A DNA stretch of 63,957 bases, the filler included, from Reclinomonas americana ATCC 50394 (lineage: Eukaryota): assembly GCA_048213135.1 (NCBI GenBank). It is 16 parts of 16 records of this genome, joined end to end, with 100 filler letters (N's around TTAATTAATTAA, not from the genome) between each part and the next. Parts side by side here need not be neighbours in the genome. Positions count along the whole stretch, not along the records: positions 49,128 to 51,558 come from AFZH01017000.1; positions 51,659 to 54,350 come from AFZH01017002.1; positions 54,451 to 56,574 come from AFZH01017003.1; positions 56,675 to 60,724 come from AFZH01017004.1; positions 60,825 to 62,212 come from AFZH01017006.1; 11 more parts are not named here. One strand, given 5' to 3'. A program made the translations under genes and the position numbers. Each line of letters begins with the position of its first letter. The first letter of the stretch is position 1. Below the pieces are notes generated by a model that made no database searches, was not told where the DNA came from, and saw only the letters and a list, made by a program, of their open reading frames with translations. Shown here piece by piece: positions 49,415 to 61,599 of the stretch.

Positions 49415-50497
49415 ATGGCCTCCACTCCTCCATCTCTCCCCTGCAAAAGCCTGGGAGAGCACACTGCCAATGTGCTGTCTCTTACCATCACGCCCGACGG
49501 CCAGCACCTGGTGGGCGGGACTGAGAACACCGTGCGTGTGTGGTCACTCACGAGCGGAGAAGAAGTGCGACAATTGGAGGGGCACTTTGGTCTGGTGCTC
49601 TCTGTCGCACTCTCCCCCAATGCCCAGCACGTGGTGAGCGGAAGCACAGACAAGACAGTGCGTGTGTGGTCGCTGGCGAGTGGCAAGCTTGAGCAAATGT
49701 TGGAGGGACACGTGAATTCGGTGTACTCGGTCGCTGTCTCTGCAGACGGTCAGCACATCGTCAGTGGGAGTGTGGACTCTACAGTGCGAGTGTGGTCCAT
49801 GTCGAATGGCGAGGAAGTGCGGCGGCTGCAAGGACACACGGGTTGGGTGTTCACAGTTGCCGTCACTCTAGACGGACAACACGTTGTGAGTGGCGGGACT
49901 GATACGACCGTTCGTGTGTGGTCCTTGGCGAGTGGTGAGGAAGTGCGACGGTTGGAGGGTCACACCGGAGGGGTGCTGTCGGTTGCCGTCACTCGCGATG
50001 GCCAGCACATTGTGAGCGGCGGTTACGACAATACGATTCGGCTATGGTCACTTGGCAGCGGAGAGGAGGTGCGGAGGATGGTAGGCCACACTGCTGCAGT
50101 GGTGTGTCTGGCCGTCACTTCCGGTGGTCGTCACGTGGTCAGTGGTAGTAAGGATATGACAGCGCGAGTGTGGTCACTGGAGAGTGGCGACGAAGTGCTC
50201 CGGTTGCAAGGGCACACTGGAAGCGTGCTTTCCGTTGTCATGACTCCCGACGGCCAGCACATCATCAGCGGGAGTCGAGACAAGACTGTGCGAATGTGGG
50301 CCACGCCGTACGGACTCGCTCTGGAGGAGCTCACCGGTGCACAGTCGGCCCTGGGTGTTGTGCAGGAGATGCAAGAGGAAGAGGGCGAGCAGGAGGATCC
50401 ACGCTGCCTGGTGGAGATCGTTCTGCGCTGCTTCCTGGTTGAGGAGGCCGAGGTCGTTGTCTATCGCTGTCTCACTGACGAGAGTCTCCGTTTGTGA
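49415..50497 (+). CDS. WD40 family paralogue C6
   Basis: 360-aa ORF; 7 repeats; tail variant ELTGAQSAL. Confidence 0.92.
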   Translation: MASTPPSLPCKSLGEHTANVLSLTITPDGQHLVGGTENTVRVWSLTSGEEVRQLEGHFGLVLSVALSPNAQHVVSGSTDKTVRVWSLASGKLEQMLEGHVNSVYSVAVSADGQHIVSGSVDSTVRVWSMSNGEEVRRLQGHTGWVFTVAVTLDGQHVVSGGTDTTVRVWSLASGEEVRRLEGHTGGVLSVAVTRDGQHIVSGGYDNTIRLWSLGSGEEVRRMVGHTAAVVCLAVTSGGRHVVSGSKDMTARVWSLESGDEVLRLQGHTGSVLSVVMTPDGQHIISGSRDKTVRMWATPYGLALEELTGAQSALGVVQEMQEEEGEQEDPRCLVEIVLRCFLVEEAEVVVYRCLTDESLRL

Positions 50498-50689
50498 TTG
50501 TGAAGTTGCTTTCCTTTTCGCCTCTTTATTTCTTGTTGCGATTTGCGTGTATCATATAGGCTGCAATGTAAAGCCATGCAGCGCCCTGCGATGATGAAGA
50601 AACATTCGTCGACGTCGTGACTCGACGTTTGACAAAAATGATGTCCTCCTCAATCACCAATTCCGTCTCCGATCTCCTCTCCGCGCGCA

Positions 50690-51558
50690 ATGACCTCCAC
50701 TCCGATCTCCACTCCCCCATCTCTCCCAAGCAGGTGCCTGTGTGGGCACACAAGCACCGTTACTACGGTGACGGTGGCTCCCGACGGGCAGCGCATTGTC
50801 AGCGGCAGTGGGGACCGAACTGTGCGGGTGTGGTCACTGGCAAGTGGCAAGGAGGTGCAACGGCTGGATGGGCATGCTGATTTGGTGCGGTCTGTGGTCA
50901 TCACACCCGATGGTCAGCACCTAGTGAGCGCAAGTGAGAGAGCAGTACGTGTGTGGTCGCTGGCAAGTGGAGACGAAGTGCGACGATTGGAAGGACACAG
51001 CAGTGTGGTGTGGTCGGTTGCTGTTTCCGCAGACGGTCAGCACATTGTGAGTGGAAGTGCGGACTATACAGCACGAGTGTGGTCCGTAGCGAGTGGCGAG
51101 GAAGTGCATCTGCTGAGAGGAAACAACAATCGCTGGGTGTTTTCCGTTGCCTTTACTCCCGACAGCCAGTTCGTTGTGAGTGCGAGTCACGACAGAAGTG
51201 TACGAGTGTGGTCCCTAGCGAGTGGAGAGGAGGTATGGCGGTTTGCGGGAGACACCGGATGGGTGTGGTGTGTTGCCGTCACTCCCGATGGCCAGTATGC
51301 GGTGAGCGGGTGCAATGATGGTACAGTGCGCGTGTGGTCACTTGGCAGCGGAGAGCAAGTGCAAAAGATGGTGAAGCACACTGCTGCGGTGGTGTCTGTG
51401 GCCGTCACTTGCAGTGGCCGGCACGTGGTCAGCGGGAGTGAGGATATGACTGTGCGAGTGTGGTCACTGGAGAGTGGCAAGGAGGTGCTCCGGTTCGAGG
51501 GGCACACTGGCAAGGTGACGTCTGTCGCAGTCACACCGGATGGCCAGCACATTATCAG
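50690..51558 (+). CDS. WD40 family paralogue C7 (3' end in gap)
   Basis: MTSTPISTPPSLPSRCL; repeat 7 runs into the gap. Confidence 0.88.
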
Positions 51559-51728
51559 NNNNNNNNNNNNNNNNNNNNNNNNNNNNNNNNNNNNNNNNNN
51601 NNTTAATTAATTAANNNNNNNNNNNNNNNNNNNNNNNNNNNNNNNNNNNNNNNNNNNNAGTACGTACGTAACGTCGTACGTACGTACGTACGTACGTACG
51701 TACGACGACGTACGTACGTAGACGAGAG

Positions 51729-51783
<55 letters not shown>

Positions 51784-51799
51784 GAAAGTAGGCGACACT

Positions 51800-52170
51800 T
51801 AATGTGATAAAGGCGGCGAGTGAGGTGTCGCCTTGAGTGCAGTGAGAGGTGATTCAATGAGTGATTGCAATGAGTGATTGCAATGTGGGAAAGAAAAATG
51901 CACGCATATGCACGCTCACCCATGAACGTGCTCAAGTCGCGATCTGTGGGTACCACAATGACGTCAGCGTCGGCCTCTGTCACATCGCCAATGCGGATCT
52001 GAGAGTGTGTGTGGAGAGAGACAGAGAGTGAGTGTTCTGTTTCTCTCTCGCTTGTGACTGTGAGAGATAGTAAGAAAGAAGAACCTGCAGACGGTGTCCT
52101 TGAGGAGTGAGAAGCTCGCGACGAAGAGTGGCCGAGGGCGCGGATGTCACTGTGCCCATGATGACAGGAG
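51800..52170 (-). CDS. Exons encoding the start of a macro (ADP-ribose-binding) domain
   Basis: LLTPQGHRLQ|IRIGDVTEADADVIVVPTDRDLSTFM|GDTSLAAFI resembles the macro motif I..GDIT....D.IV; continues toward the gap. Confidence 0.65.
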
Positions 52171-52537
52171 CGCGCGGAAAAATGAATAGGACACATACAG
52201 GACCCAGGCTATCTTCGTTGCAGAGGAAGAAACGAATGCCAACGCGGCATAGATCGACATCGAAAGCAGTTATTGAATTCTTGTTCCTGACAGGTGAGGG
52301 ATTACGAGGGAGAGGTAATACCAATGCGTGTGCATGAGCCAAGTAACCTTCTTGCTTGGCCCTTTTGAAGCTCTCCTGACGCGAGCTCAGCCAAGACGCC
52401 GAGTCTGATCCACTGGCGATGTACACGCTACTGGTGAACTGCCGTGTCGTTCCCTCACCGTATGGTCACACCACCATCAATCATTCACTGCGCCTACGTT
52501 TTTCCAATGCAGACGCACACCATTTGCCACGTGCGAC

Positions 52538-54186
52538 TCACGGCGACGACCCCAACGAAAACGCCGAAATGGTCGATGACACGGGCGAGAAGCGACTGTT
52601 CCCGCTGCCGGCCACGGCCGCCGCTGCGGCTGCTGACAGCGAGGGCGAGTAGGGTGACGAGGGACTGCGCGGCTGCGCCGAAAACGACGGCGAGTGCGGA
52701 CTGCCGCGACTTGAGGGTGACGGTGGCTGCGCGTAGGTGTTGACAGTGGTGGTGACGGTGCGGACCACCGAGGCGGGGGAGGGGATGCGGCCGGCGGGGC
52801 GAGTGGAGAGGGTGTAGCCTGATAGAGGGAAAAAAGGAGGTGAGCGGGGCGGGGGGGAAAGGGGAGGGGATGGGGGGAAAGAAGGTGAAGAGTGGAGAGG
52901 CTAAGAGATAAAAGGAAGAAACCAGCAGAGGAGAAGGAGAGATGAAGATGGATAAGGGGGTACGGAGGGGGAGGAGAGGACGACGAGTGGTGACAAGCGA
53001 GAGAGAGACGGAAATATTGTCATGTGAAAGAGCGACACATGGCGGAGAACGTCGGCAGGTAGTGCGGAGGTGGGGACAGAATGAGAAGAGTATGCAGGAA
53101 GGGCGACAGGGAGAGGTGCAAGGGAAGGTGGAGACATGCCCCAACAGCGAGAGAGACCTTTACACATGCGAGAATGAGAGAAGCCGCAAGACTGCCCATT
53201 GTACGCATTTCTTCTCCCTCCCCACCCCTCCCTCTTGCATTCACACGCGGTGGTGAGATATGAGGGTAGTGAAAGAGTGACTGCAGATGACAGAGCGTGA
53301 GAGCAGCAGTGGCGAGAAGCGGAAAGAACGCAAGACTGATCATTGTACGCCTCCCCTCTTCTTCCTCTTTTCTCTCTCACTCTCATCGCCACCAACCCCC
53401 TTGCACTCACCCAAGGTGAGGAGAGAGAGCAAGAGTGACGAGAAGCGGAAAGAAGGCAAGACTGATCATTGTACGCCTCCTTTCTTCTCCCTCCTTTCTC
53501 TCTCTCCCTCATCCCCACCCTTCCCTCTTGCACTCACACGCGGTGAGGAGATGGAAGATAGTGCAAGAGTGACAGCAGAGGAGAGAGCGTGAGAGAGGTG
53601 AACGCGAGAGGTGGAGAGAAATCAAATACAGCGTCGAATCAACGCCCTTGACTTTTTCTCTCCCTCCTTTCTTCCTGTTCCCTCTTTCCCTCGCTCTCAT
53701 CCCCATCCACTCACCCAACCAATCACACGCCTCGAGCAACCCATTGGCATCGGCCGACGCACTGGCCGCACACTGCGTCAACTGCACATGCACGGCGCGA
53801 TCCACCGACGCCTTGTACCTCTTGATCAGCGCCGCCAACTCCAGCTGCTCTGCAATCTCGCGCTGGCTCAACGCTCGCGCTGGCATGCCAACCGGTGGCG
53901 GCGTGGCACCCCAGTACGGCGCCGTCATCTCGTCGGCGGTGCGTGGGTCGTTGGCCAGCACGAGGACGGCGGGAATCGACTCGGACTGGTTGCTGAAATC
54001 GAGCAGGGTGTGCAGGCAGTTGCGCTGCTGCTCGGCGGAGACGGCTGGTCGTGAGGTGCCGTCGACGACGAACACAATGGCGTCGGCGAACTGGCAGGCG
54101 TGCGAGGCGAGTGGTTGGTTGATGGAGGAGGAGCCGCCGACGGTGTGGCAGGTGAAGTCGAGGAGGTGGCCGCGGGCGCGGAAGCG
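52538..54186 (-). CDS. Arf/Arl-like degenerate GTPase domain followed by a Ser/Pro-rich exon (5' end in gap)
   Basis: FTCHTVGG, ADAIVFVVDGT, LHTLL, VLVLANDPR, EIAEQLEL, GLLEACDWL align by eye to the Arf fold; G3 and G4 motifs altered. Confidence 0.72.
53230..53560. repeat. Intronic ~120-bp tandem repeat
   Basis: gagaagcggaaagaa..caagactgatcattgtacgcctcc and cttgca.tcac..g.ggtgag units repeated about 3 times. Confidence 0.7.
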
Positions 54187-54450
54187 CTGCAAATAAAAGG
54201 GGAAGGGATGAGAGGCGAAGAGGAGAAGGGGGAGGAGGAGAAGGGGGTAAGGGGAGAAGGGGGTAAAGAGGAGAAGGGGAGGAGGAGAAGGGGAGGAGGA
54301 GAAGGGGAGGAGGAGAAGGGGTAAGGGGAGAAGGGGGAGGAGGGGGAGGANNNNNNNNNNNNNNNNNNNNNNNNNNNNNNNNNNNNNNNNNNNNTTAATT
54401 AATTAANNNNNNNNNNNNNNNNNNNNNNNNNNNNNNNNNNNNNNNNNNNN

Positions 54451-54908
54451 AGGACATGGGTGACGACCACAATGATGCCGACGACCTCATTGACTGCGAC
54501 GGTGTCGACGACGACGACGACTGCGGTAACGGCAAGGGCGACGACGACGACGACGGCAAGGAAGAGGCGTACCGCCGACTGCGTGGGAGCGGTGGCGGCG
54601 ACTTGGACGATGACGATGACGACTCGACAATGGTCAGCAAGAACGCACTGCGCCGCAATCACGATCGCCGCGTGCTGCTGGACGGCATCTCGCTGGTGGC
54701 CGACGACGACCGCCGCAGGAGGAAAACGAGTTTCGACGGCTACGGTCAACACCAACAACAGCAGCAGCATCCGCATCAGCAGCAGCGCATGGGCTGGCGT
54801 GGCGGCAATGCCGCCATGTCGCACACGCATGCCATGCACAGTCACAGCAGCGTCGGCAGCTTCGACGGTCTGGCCTACACAAGTGGCCTGGCCGACATTA
54901 CGCGATGA
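54451..54908 (+). CDS. 3' terminal exon of an unidentified gene (Asp-rich, low complexity)
   Basis: Open GC3-rich frame from the gap to TGA, followed by an AT-richer 3' UTR-like stretch. Confidence 0.55.
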
Positions 54909-55735
54909 GAGCGAGTGAGAGAGAGAGAGGGATGGTGATAGAACGCGGTTTATTATTGACTAATCAGTGACGGCAGGCCCGTCTATTTTTATTGAGTGGG
55001 GTGGTGTGGTAGACATGTGAATGCATATCTGTTATTTGCGTACCCGCGAGGCGGGAGGTCCACGAGTGGTTGACCGGGAGTATCGACGTGGCCGTGCTCG
55101 GACAAGTGAGTGAGGGTCTCGTGCTTGACCACTGCTACCGTCGCGTTCGTGCTTCGGCTTGGCCTTCGCTGCAGACATGCGAGGCTCTCGTGTCGACCGT
55201 GACTGTTCGCGTACGCAGCAGCGCGATAGTTGCTGGGCCGTCCACGACCTGTGCGCCCTGTTCAAGCCCTCGTCGATCGCCTTCCTACCACTCCTCATGC
55301 CGCCTTCCGATCGGATATCCACGAATGCAAGGCCTAGGAACGTAGCATTCCGATATCGACTTCTCATCAATCGCTCGTCGCGCACCCCACTCCCCAATTG
55401 CAGCACTACGCTCTCTATCCTCACCTTTGCCTTCACAAACACAACGACGAGCCAGAGAGAGACAGAGCTGTCAGACGCACATGTTGTCCTGTCGTGTTCT
55501 CATTCCGCAAAAAAAAAACACAAAGATCATCCGCGTGGACACACACACACACACAGATCTCGCTTTCACCAGCAAGCAAGCAGGACATACAAACAGAGAG
55601 AAAGAGAGGCAGGAGACTAGTGAGAGGTTTGTTCACATCTGACGACACACAGCTTGTGTGTGTGTGTGTGTGTGGACAGCTTCCTCCTGTGCTCAGCGCG
55701 TGCGCGTGTTCACTCATTGTGTCTATGCACAGACA

Positions 55736-58722
55736 ATGGCACTCAGACTCGACACAGAGGCCGATGCCAGTGCCAATCTCTTGTTCTTGGGATGGAATCA
55801 GGTGTGTGTCTCTCTCACTCATTGAGAGAGAGAGAGAGAGAGAGAGTGAGAAGAGGGAGAGAGAGCTGAGTGCGTGTGTGTGTGTGTGTGTTGTGTAAGA
55901 GTGATTTTTGCAGCAGTGGAGAATCGTAGTGCCTTCGGCGTTGTTTATTTTGCGCGCGCGTTGTGTGTGTGTTCCATGTTGTCTTGTCTCCTCTCTGTCT
56001 CTCTGTGTGTGCATGTGTGAGCGCGTTGTGTGTGTGCGCGCATTGTCAGATCCATTTCTGGCGAGATGATGATTGAATTTGCGTGGCGACCCGTGTCACT
56101 CTCTCTCTCTCTCACGCACACTCTAACTCTTATGTGTGATTCTGCTTCTTTGTGTGTCTCTCTCTCCTTTGTGGTGTTCTCCGAGTGAGCATGGTCTGTT
56201 TCATTTTCGTCTCCGAGAAAAACGCGCATTCGCTCGGACGACAAGTGCACACTTTCTTGCAGAGAGAGAGAGAGAGAGAGAGAGATGGGGAGAGAGTGTT
56301 TGAGTGCTTGGGGTTGCACGCACTCAGACGCGAGAGAAGCAGATGAAATCCATATTACACACATTCATGAACGCTCACACGCACACACACACACACTCTC
56401 TCTCTCACACACACACGCTCTCTCTCACACACTCCTTCGCTCTATCATCTCCGTCAGCATCGCTGATCATCAGCACGTTGTATGCAGAGACGCAGTTCGA
56501 GTGGCATTTGGTTATTCTCTCTCACCTTCACGTTCTCTCTCTCTCACCTTTACGTCTTCTCTCGCACACACACGNNNNNNNNNNNNNNNNNNNNNNNNNN
56601 NNNNNNNNNNNNNNNNNNTTAATTAATTAANNNNNNNNNNNNNNNNNNNNNNNNNNNNNNNNNNNNNNNNNNNNGACATAGGCGCACGCACATGCACACG
56701 CACACGCACACGCACACGCATACGCACACGCAGACACAGACACAGACACAGACACAGACACAGACACAGACACAGACGCAGACACAGACACAGACACAGA
56801 CACAGACACAGACACAGACACAGACACAGACACAGCCACAGCCACAGACGCAGACACACACGCTCTTTCATGCACAGCATAGTAATTCGCGAGGCATTCA
56901 TGTACGATTGCTCGTCTTGAAGCCTCAAACACGGTGAAGAACGAAGAACTCTCTCTTGCACGCACAGACAACACATAGAGGACACAAACACCCAGTCAAT
57001 CTCTCAATTGCAAACACGCACGCTCATAGAAGGAGGCACTCACGCTGTTCGCACGTCATTTGTCGCGACCACGTTGTCAAGCTCTCGCTTGCACGCACAG
57101 ATACCTTCAGATACACGTAGCGCGAGGCATGCACGTGTGTGCACCTCATGCAGTCACGAACTCGCTGCGCACACTCGTGCACACAGGAGAGTCATGTGCA
57201 AGACACTCGTGTTGTTAATGCGTCCTGAATTTAATCAGCGCGCAGGCACATACACTGCGCGAGACACTCACGCCTATTGTACGTCGTGAAAACACATCAC
57301 GCAGCCACTCTCTCACTCTATTCCTCCCCCTTCCCCTTCCCCCGTCCCTTCCCCCCTTAGGCCCGCGCACCAACATTTATCACGGCCCACGAATCGGCGC
57401 TGGCCTACATCGCGCTGACACTGGACGGCACTCGCCTGGCCACGGCATCGGAGAAGGGCACACTGATCCGCATCTTTGACACGGTGTCTGGCGACAAGCT
57501 GCAGGAGGTTTGTCTTGCATATTCTCTGTTGCACTCTCTGTCTTGCTTCCTCTCTCTCTCTCTCTCTTTCACTCTCTCATTCCCACTTTCTCGCACTATC
57601 TCCGTCTCTCCCTCTGCCTCTCTCTCTCTCCCGTTTTGTCTTTCTTACTTTCTCTCTCTCCTGCACTCTTCCTCTCTCTCTTCCTCTGCCACTCTCTCTC
57701 CCTCCTTCCCCCTTCCCCTCTCGCACTCTCTTCCCCTTCCCCCTTACCCGGTCCTCGTCTCTTTCACTCCCCCCTTCCCTCTTCCCCCTTCCCCCCTTAC
57801 CCTCTCTTCTCCTTCCCTCCTCTCTCCTCCCTCCTCTCTCTCTCCCACCCTCTCTCCCCTCTCTCGCACTCTCTCTCCCGTCTATCGTTCTCTCTCGCAC
57901 TCTCTTCCCCACCCCCTTACCCTCTCTTCCCCACCCCCTTACGCTCTCTTCCCTTCCCCCTTACTCTCTCTCCCTCTGCCACTCTCTCCTCGTCTCTTTC
58001 ACTCCCCCTCCCTCTCTTCTCCCTTCCCCTCTTACCCTCTCTTCTCCTTCTCCCCTTACCCTCTCTTCCCCTTCCCCCCTTCCCCTTCCCCTCTTCTCTC
58101 TTTCTGCAGGTACGACGCGGGAGAGAGTCGGCGCACATCTACTGCATTGCGTTTTCGCGCGACGCACGACATTTTTGCTGCACCAGCAACAAGGGCACAC
58201 TGCATCTGTTTGCCAGCAATGAGTTGCGCCACAAACGATGATGTTGAGTGTGGTCTGTGGTTAATACTCATTGTCCTCCCGCAGAGCCACGGCGACTGTG
58301 TCAGAAGTCGAAGGCTCCTCATCCTCGGCGGCAGCATCCGCCGCCGCACCCGGGAACACACGATCTCGGTGCGCCTCACACTCCGAGTACTTTTTCAGTT
58401 GCTGGTCTTCTCACTGTATAATGTGCTGGCAGGCTCGCCATTTTCGGCGGTCTCAACTCGTACTTCAGCTCGGAATGGTCGTTCGCACAGTTCAAGGTGC
58501 CGGAGTTGCCGACCATTTGCGCATTCGGACCCGATCCAGACACCATCATGCGTTGCGTCAAATGCGTCACTCACTTATGCAGCCGCCAGGTTATTCACGC
58601 AGCGTCTCCTCTCGACAGTGGCGAGCTCCGACGGCATCTTCCGACGCATTCACTTTGACTCGGCCGGCGGTGGCGAGTGCGAAGAGATCGAGACGGCGCA
58701 CTTCTACGGCGAGGACGAATAA
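55736..58722 (+). CDS. PROPPIN (ATG18/WIPI3-4/WDR45-like) paralogue a; 3' exons clear from 57361, 5' exons uncertain
   Basis: LLFLGWNQ| first exon; [55 protein letters not shown]. Confidence 0.82.
56690..56860. repeat. (GCACAC)n/(GACACA)n hexamer microsatellite
   Basis: Direct inspection. Confidence 0.9.
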
Positions 58723-59678
58723 GTGCGACACGAGCTTGACGACTGACGTGATGTGGTGTGCTCCGGCCACCATCAGCAAAAGAGTGTACAAAGCAAGCAG
58801 CTTGCGTGTTCACTCGACTATGGGTGTAGTTTCCGCTCCTCTTCCCCAGCTATTAAGGCGAGGACGAACGACAGCTTGGTGACTGACGTGGTGACCAACA
58901 AGAAAAGTACACACAAAGCAAGCAGCTTGCGTGGTCACTCGATCGCGAATGCAGATTTCCCCTCCCTTCCCCATCTACTACGGCGAGGACGAATGAGTGC
59001 GACACTGCCTTGACGACTGACGTGTTGTGGTGTGCGCCGTGGCCACCACGAACAAAAGAGTGTACAAAGCAAGCAGCTTGCGCGTTCAGTCGACCATGGG
59101 TGTAGTTTTTCCCTCCCTTCCCCACCACTACGGCGAAGATGAACGACAGCAACACAGGCCTGTCGACTGACGTGGCGTTCAACAAGAAAATGGTTGTACA
59201 AAGCAAGCAGCTTGCGTGTTCACTCGTCGGTGGGTGCATTTTTCCCCTCCTCTTCCCCCATCTACGACGGCGAGGATGAATGAGTGCGACGACTGAAGTG
59301 TGGTGTGCTCGTCACTGTGGCTGCCATCAACAAGAAAAGTATACAAAGCAAGCAGCTTTAGTGCAGTTTCCCCTTCTTCTTCCCCGTCTACAATGGCGAG
59401 GACGAACGACATCTTGACGACTGACGTGGGAATCAACAAAGAAGTATTCAAAGCATGCAGCATGCGCTACCGTGGGTGCAGCTTTACTCCCTCTTCCCCA
59501 TCTAATTTGGCGAAGACAAACGACAGCTTGACGACTGATGTGGCGTGGCCATCACCAACAAAAAAGTGCACAATGCAAGCATCTTGGATGCAGTGCACCC
59601 CTTCCTCCTCTTCCCCACCAGCTTGACGACTGATGTGCTACAAGTGTACAAAGCAAGCAGCTGCGTATTCACTCGACC
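58705..59678. repeat. Degenerate tandem repeat, about 8 units of 110-150 bp, between two convergent PROPPIN genes
   Basis: Recurring ggcgaggacgaa..cttgacgactgacgtg..gtacaaagcaagcagcttgcgtgttcactcga..cttccccatcta. Confidence 0.9.
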
Positions 59679-59736
59679 TTCGGCGGGCATCTAGCAATCT
59701 CCCCATCCTTCTCCCCAATCCTGTGTCGAGTGCCGA

Positions 59737-60683
59737 CTACCGGCTGCTCCCAGAAACACCTTCTGCTCCATCGTCGCCCGCGAACGACACCGCCTGAATC
59801 TCGTCGCATACACCGCCTTCCCTGCTGTTGAACTGAATCTTTCTGAAGAACCCATCGGCACCAACCACTGCGTACGATTGCGTGAGTTGAGTCACACACT
59901 TCCTCTCTCGCCGCCTCTTGTTGTTGCGCAACGTATTACAGTATTGCCTTCGCTACCGAATGCACATATTGTCGGCACGCCCTCCACGGCCTTGAATTGC
60001 GCAAAGCTGCGCTCGTCGGCAAACACCGAGCTCAGCGAGCCGAGGAACGACATGCGCGACTTGCGGTTCGACACGAGCGTCTCGCTCGGTGCGGCCGCAC
60101 TCGAGCCGCCCAAAGATGAGGCGGCCTCCTCGTCGGCCACCGAACTGCGAAACCAACGCACAGTGAGCGACTGGATCACTCCACACGCCCGCACTTGTGT
60201 GTCAATGCCGCAACTCATTGGTGGCAAACACATGCACCGTGCCCTTGGCGCTGGTGCAGCAGAAAAAGTGCGAATCCGGTGAAAACGCAATGCAGTAAAT
60301 GTGTGCCCGCTCGGTGCTCCGTCGCACTTGCTGCAGCTTGTCGCCGGTGAGCGAGTCCCAGATGCGAATCAGCGTGCCCTTTTCGGAGCACGTGGCCACA
60401 CGTCGTCCGTCGGTGGTGAGCGCAATGAACGCCAGCGCCGATTCGTGCGCGGTGATAAACGTCGGAGGTCGCGACTTTTCAAAGTGCTCCACGCGCACGA
60501 GACCGGGTTGTGTTGCCGGGCATGCTGCGCAGTGGAGAAGGATAGAGAGGGAGAGGAAGAGTCAGCAGACACAGAAGGAACAGAGAGAGAGAGAGCACGA
60601 AGGAGAAGGATGAGGAGAGGAAGAGAAGAGGAAGAGGAGAGGAAGAAGTTAGAGGGAGCACCAGTGTATGTGCGGCGACGAAG

Positions 60684-60723
<40 letters not shown>

Positions 60724-61297
60724 GNNNNNNNNNNNNNNNNNNNNNNNNNNNNNNNNNNNNNNNNNNNNTTAATTAATTAANNNNNNNNNNNNNNNNNNNN
60801 NNNNNNNNNNNNNNNNNNNNNNNNCCCCTTCCCTCCCCCGGCCCGCACCAAGCACTGCACGATCGGAGCCCTGCGAGAGCGCCATGATACCCAGCGGGTT
60901 CTCGTGCGTGTCGTACTTGACAATGAGGTCGAGCCTCTCCAAATCATACACATACACGTGGTTCTCCAGCGCCACCACCACCCTGTGCGTCACCGGGTGA
61001 GCTCCATCGACAACCACGAAATCGAATCATCGCCAGCCCACGCAACATGTCTCGGCGCAGTTTCACCGCCTTGACCTCGCTGTTGAACGACAGGTCTCCG
61101 ATGCAGGTGGCTTGGTGGTCGTCCCACAACACCACCTGCAGCGGGCGACGTGAGGAGCTGCTTTTAACACACACCAAGAGACACACACAGACGCGCCTTG
61201 TTGGGCAAAAAGCACGGGCATCGGCCGCCGCCCACCAACGCCAGCAGGTTGGTGCGGAAGAGCATCTCTACGTAGCCGAGACCGCCGCTGGGAAAGT
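59737..61297 (-). CDS. PROPPIN (ATG18/WIPI3-4/WDR45-like) paralogue b; first exon(s) upstream or in gap
   Basis: [77 protein letters not shown]. Confidence 0.88.
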
Positions 61298-61599
61298 CTG
61301 AGGGTGGGGAGGGAGAAGGGAGAGGGGAGAAGGGAGAAGGGAGAAGGGAGAAGGGAGAAGAGAGAGTGAGAGAGGGGGAAGGAAAGAGGGAGAGGGAGAG
61401 GGAGAGAGAGTGACATAAAGTGAGGACAGCAACGGATGACAAGAGATCGAGCAAGATAGTGGAAGACAAGAAGAGCGCGCGCGCGAGAGAGAGGAATAGA
61501 AGAGAAAGAGAGGCATGGAGAGAGAAGGAGAAACAAGGCGATGGGGAAGTGAGCAAACAAGAGGCGGAACAGACAGAAAGGGAGAAGACTAGAAAGAGA

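Noticed and set aside
51659..51725. (TACG)n-like repeat, with similar noise at 22430-22448 and 31846-31940
   Set aside because: Located at contig edges and follows pyrosequencing flow order; likely read-end artefact.
55032..55442. GC-rich coding-like segment on the minus strand
   Set aside because: May be exons of a small gene, but strand, frame and product could not be established.
58705..59678. CRISPR-like array
   Set aside because: Whole units are homologous, with no unique spacers and no cas genes; eukaryotic context.
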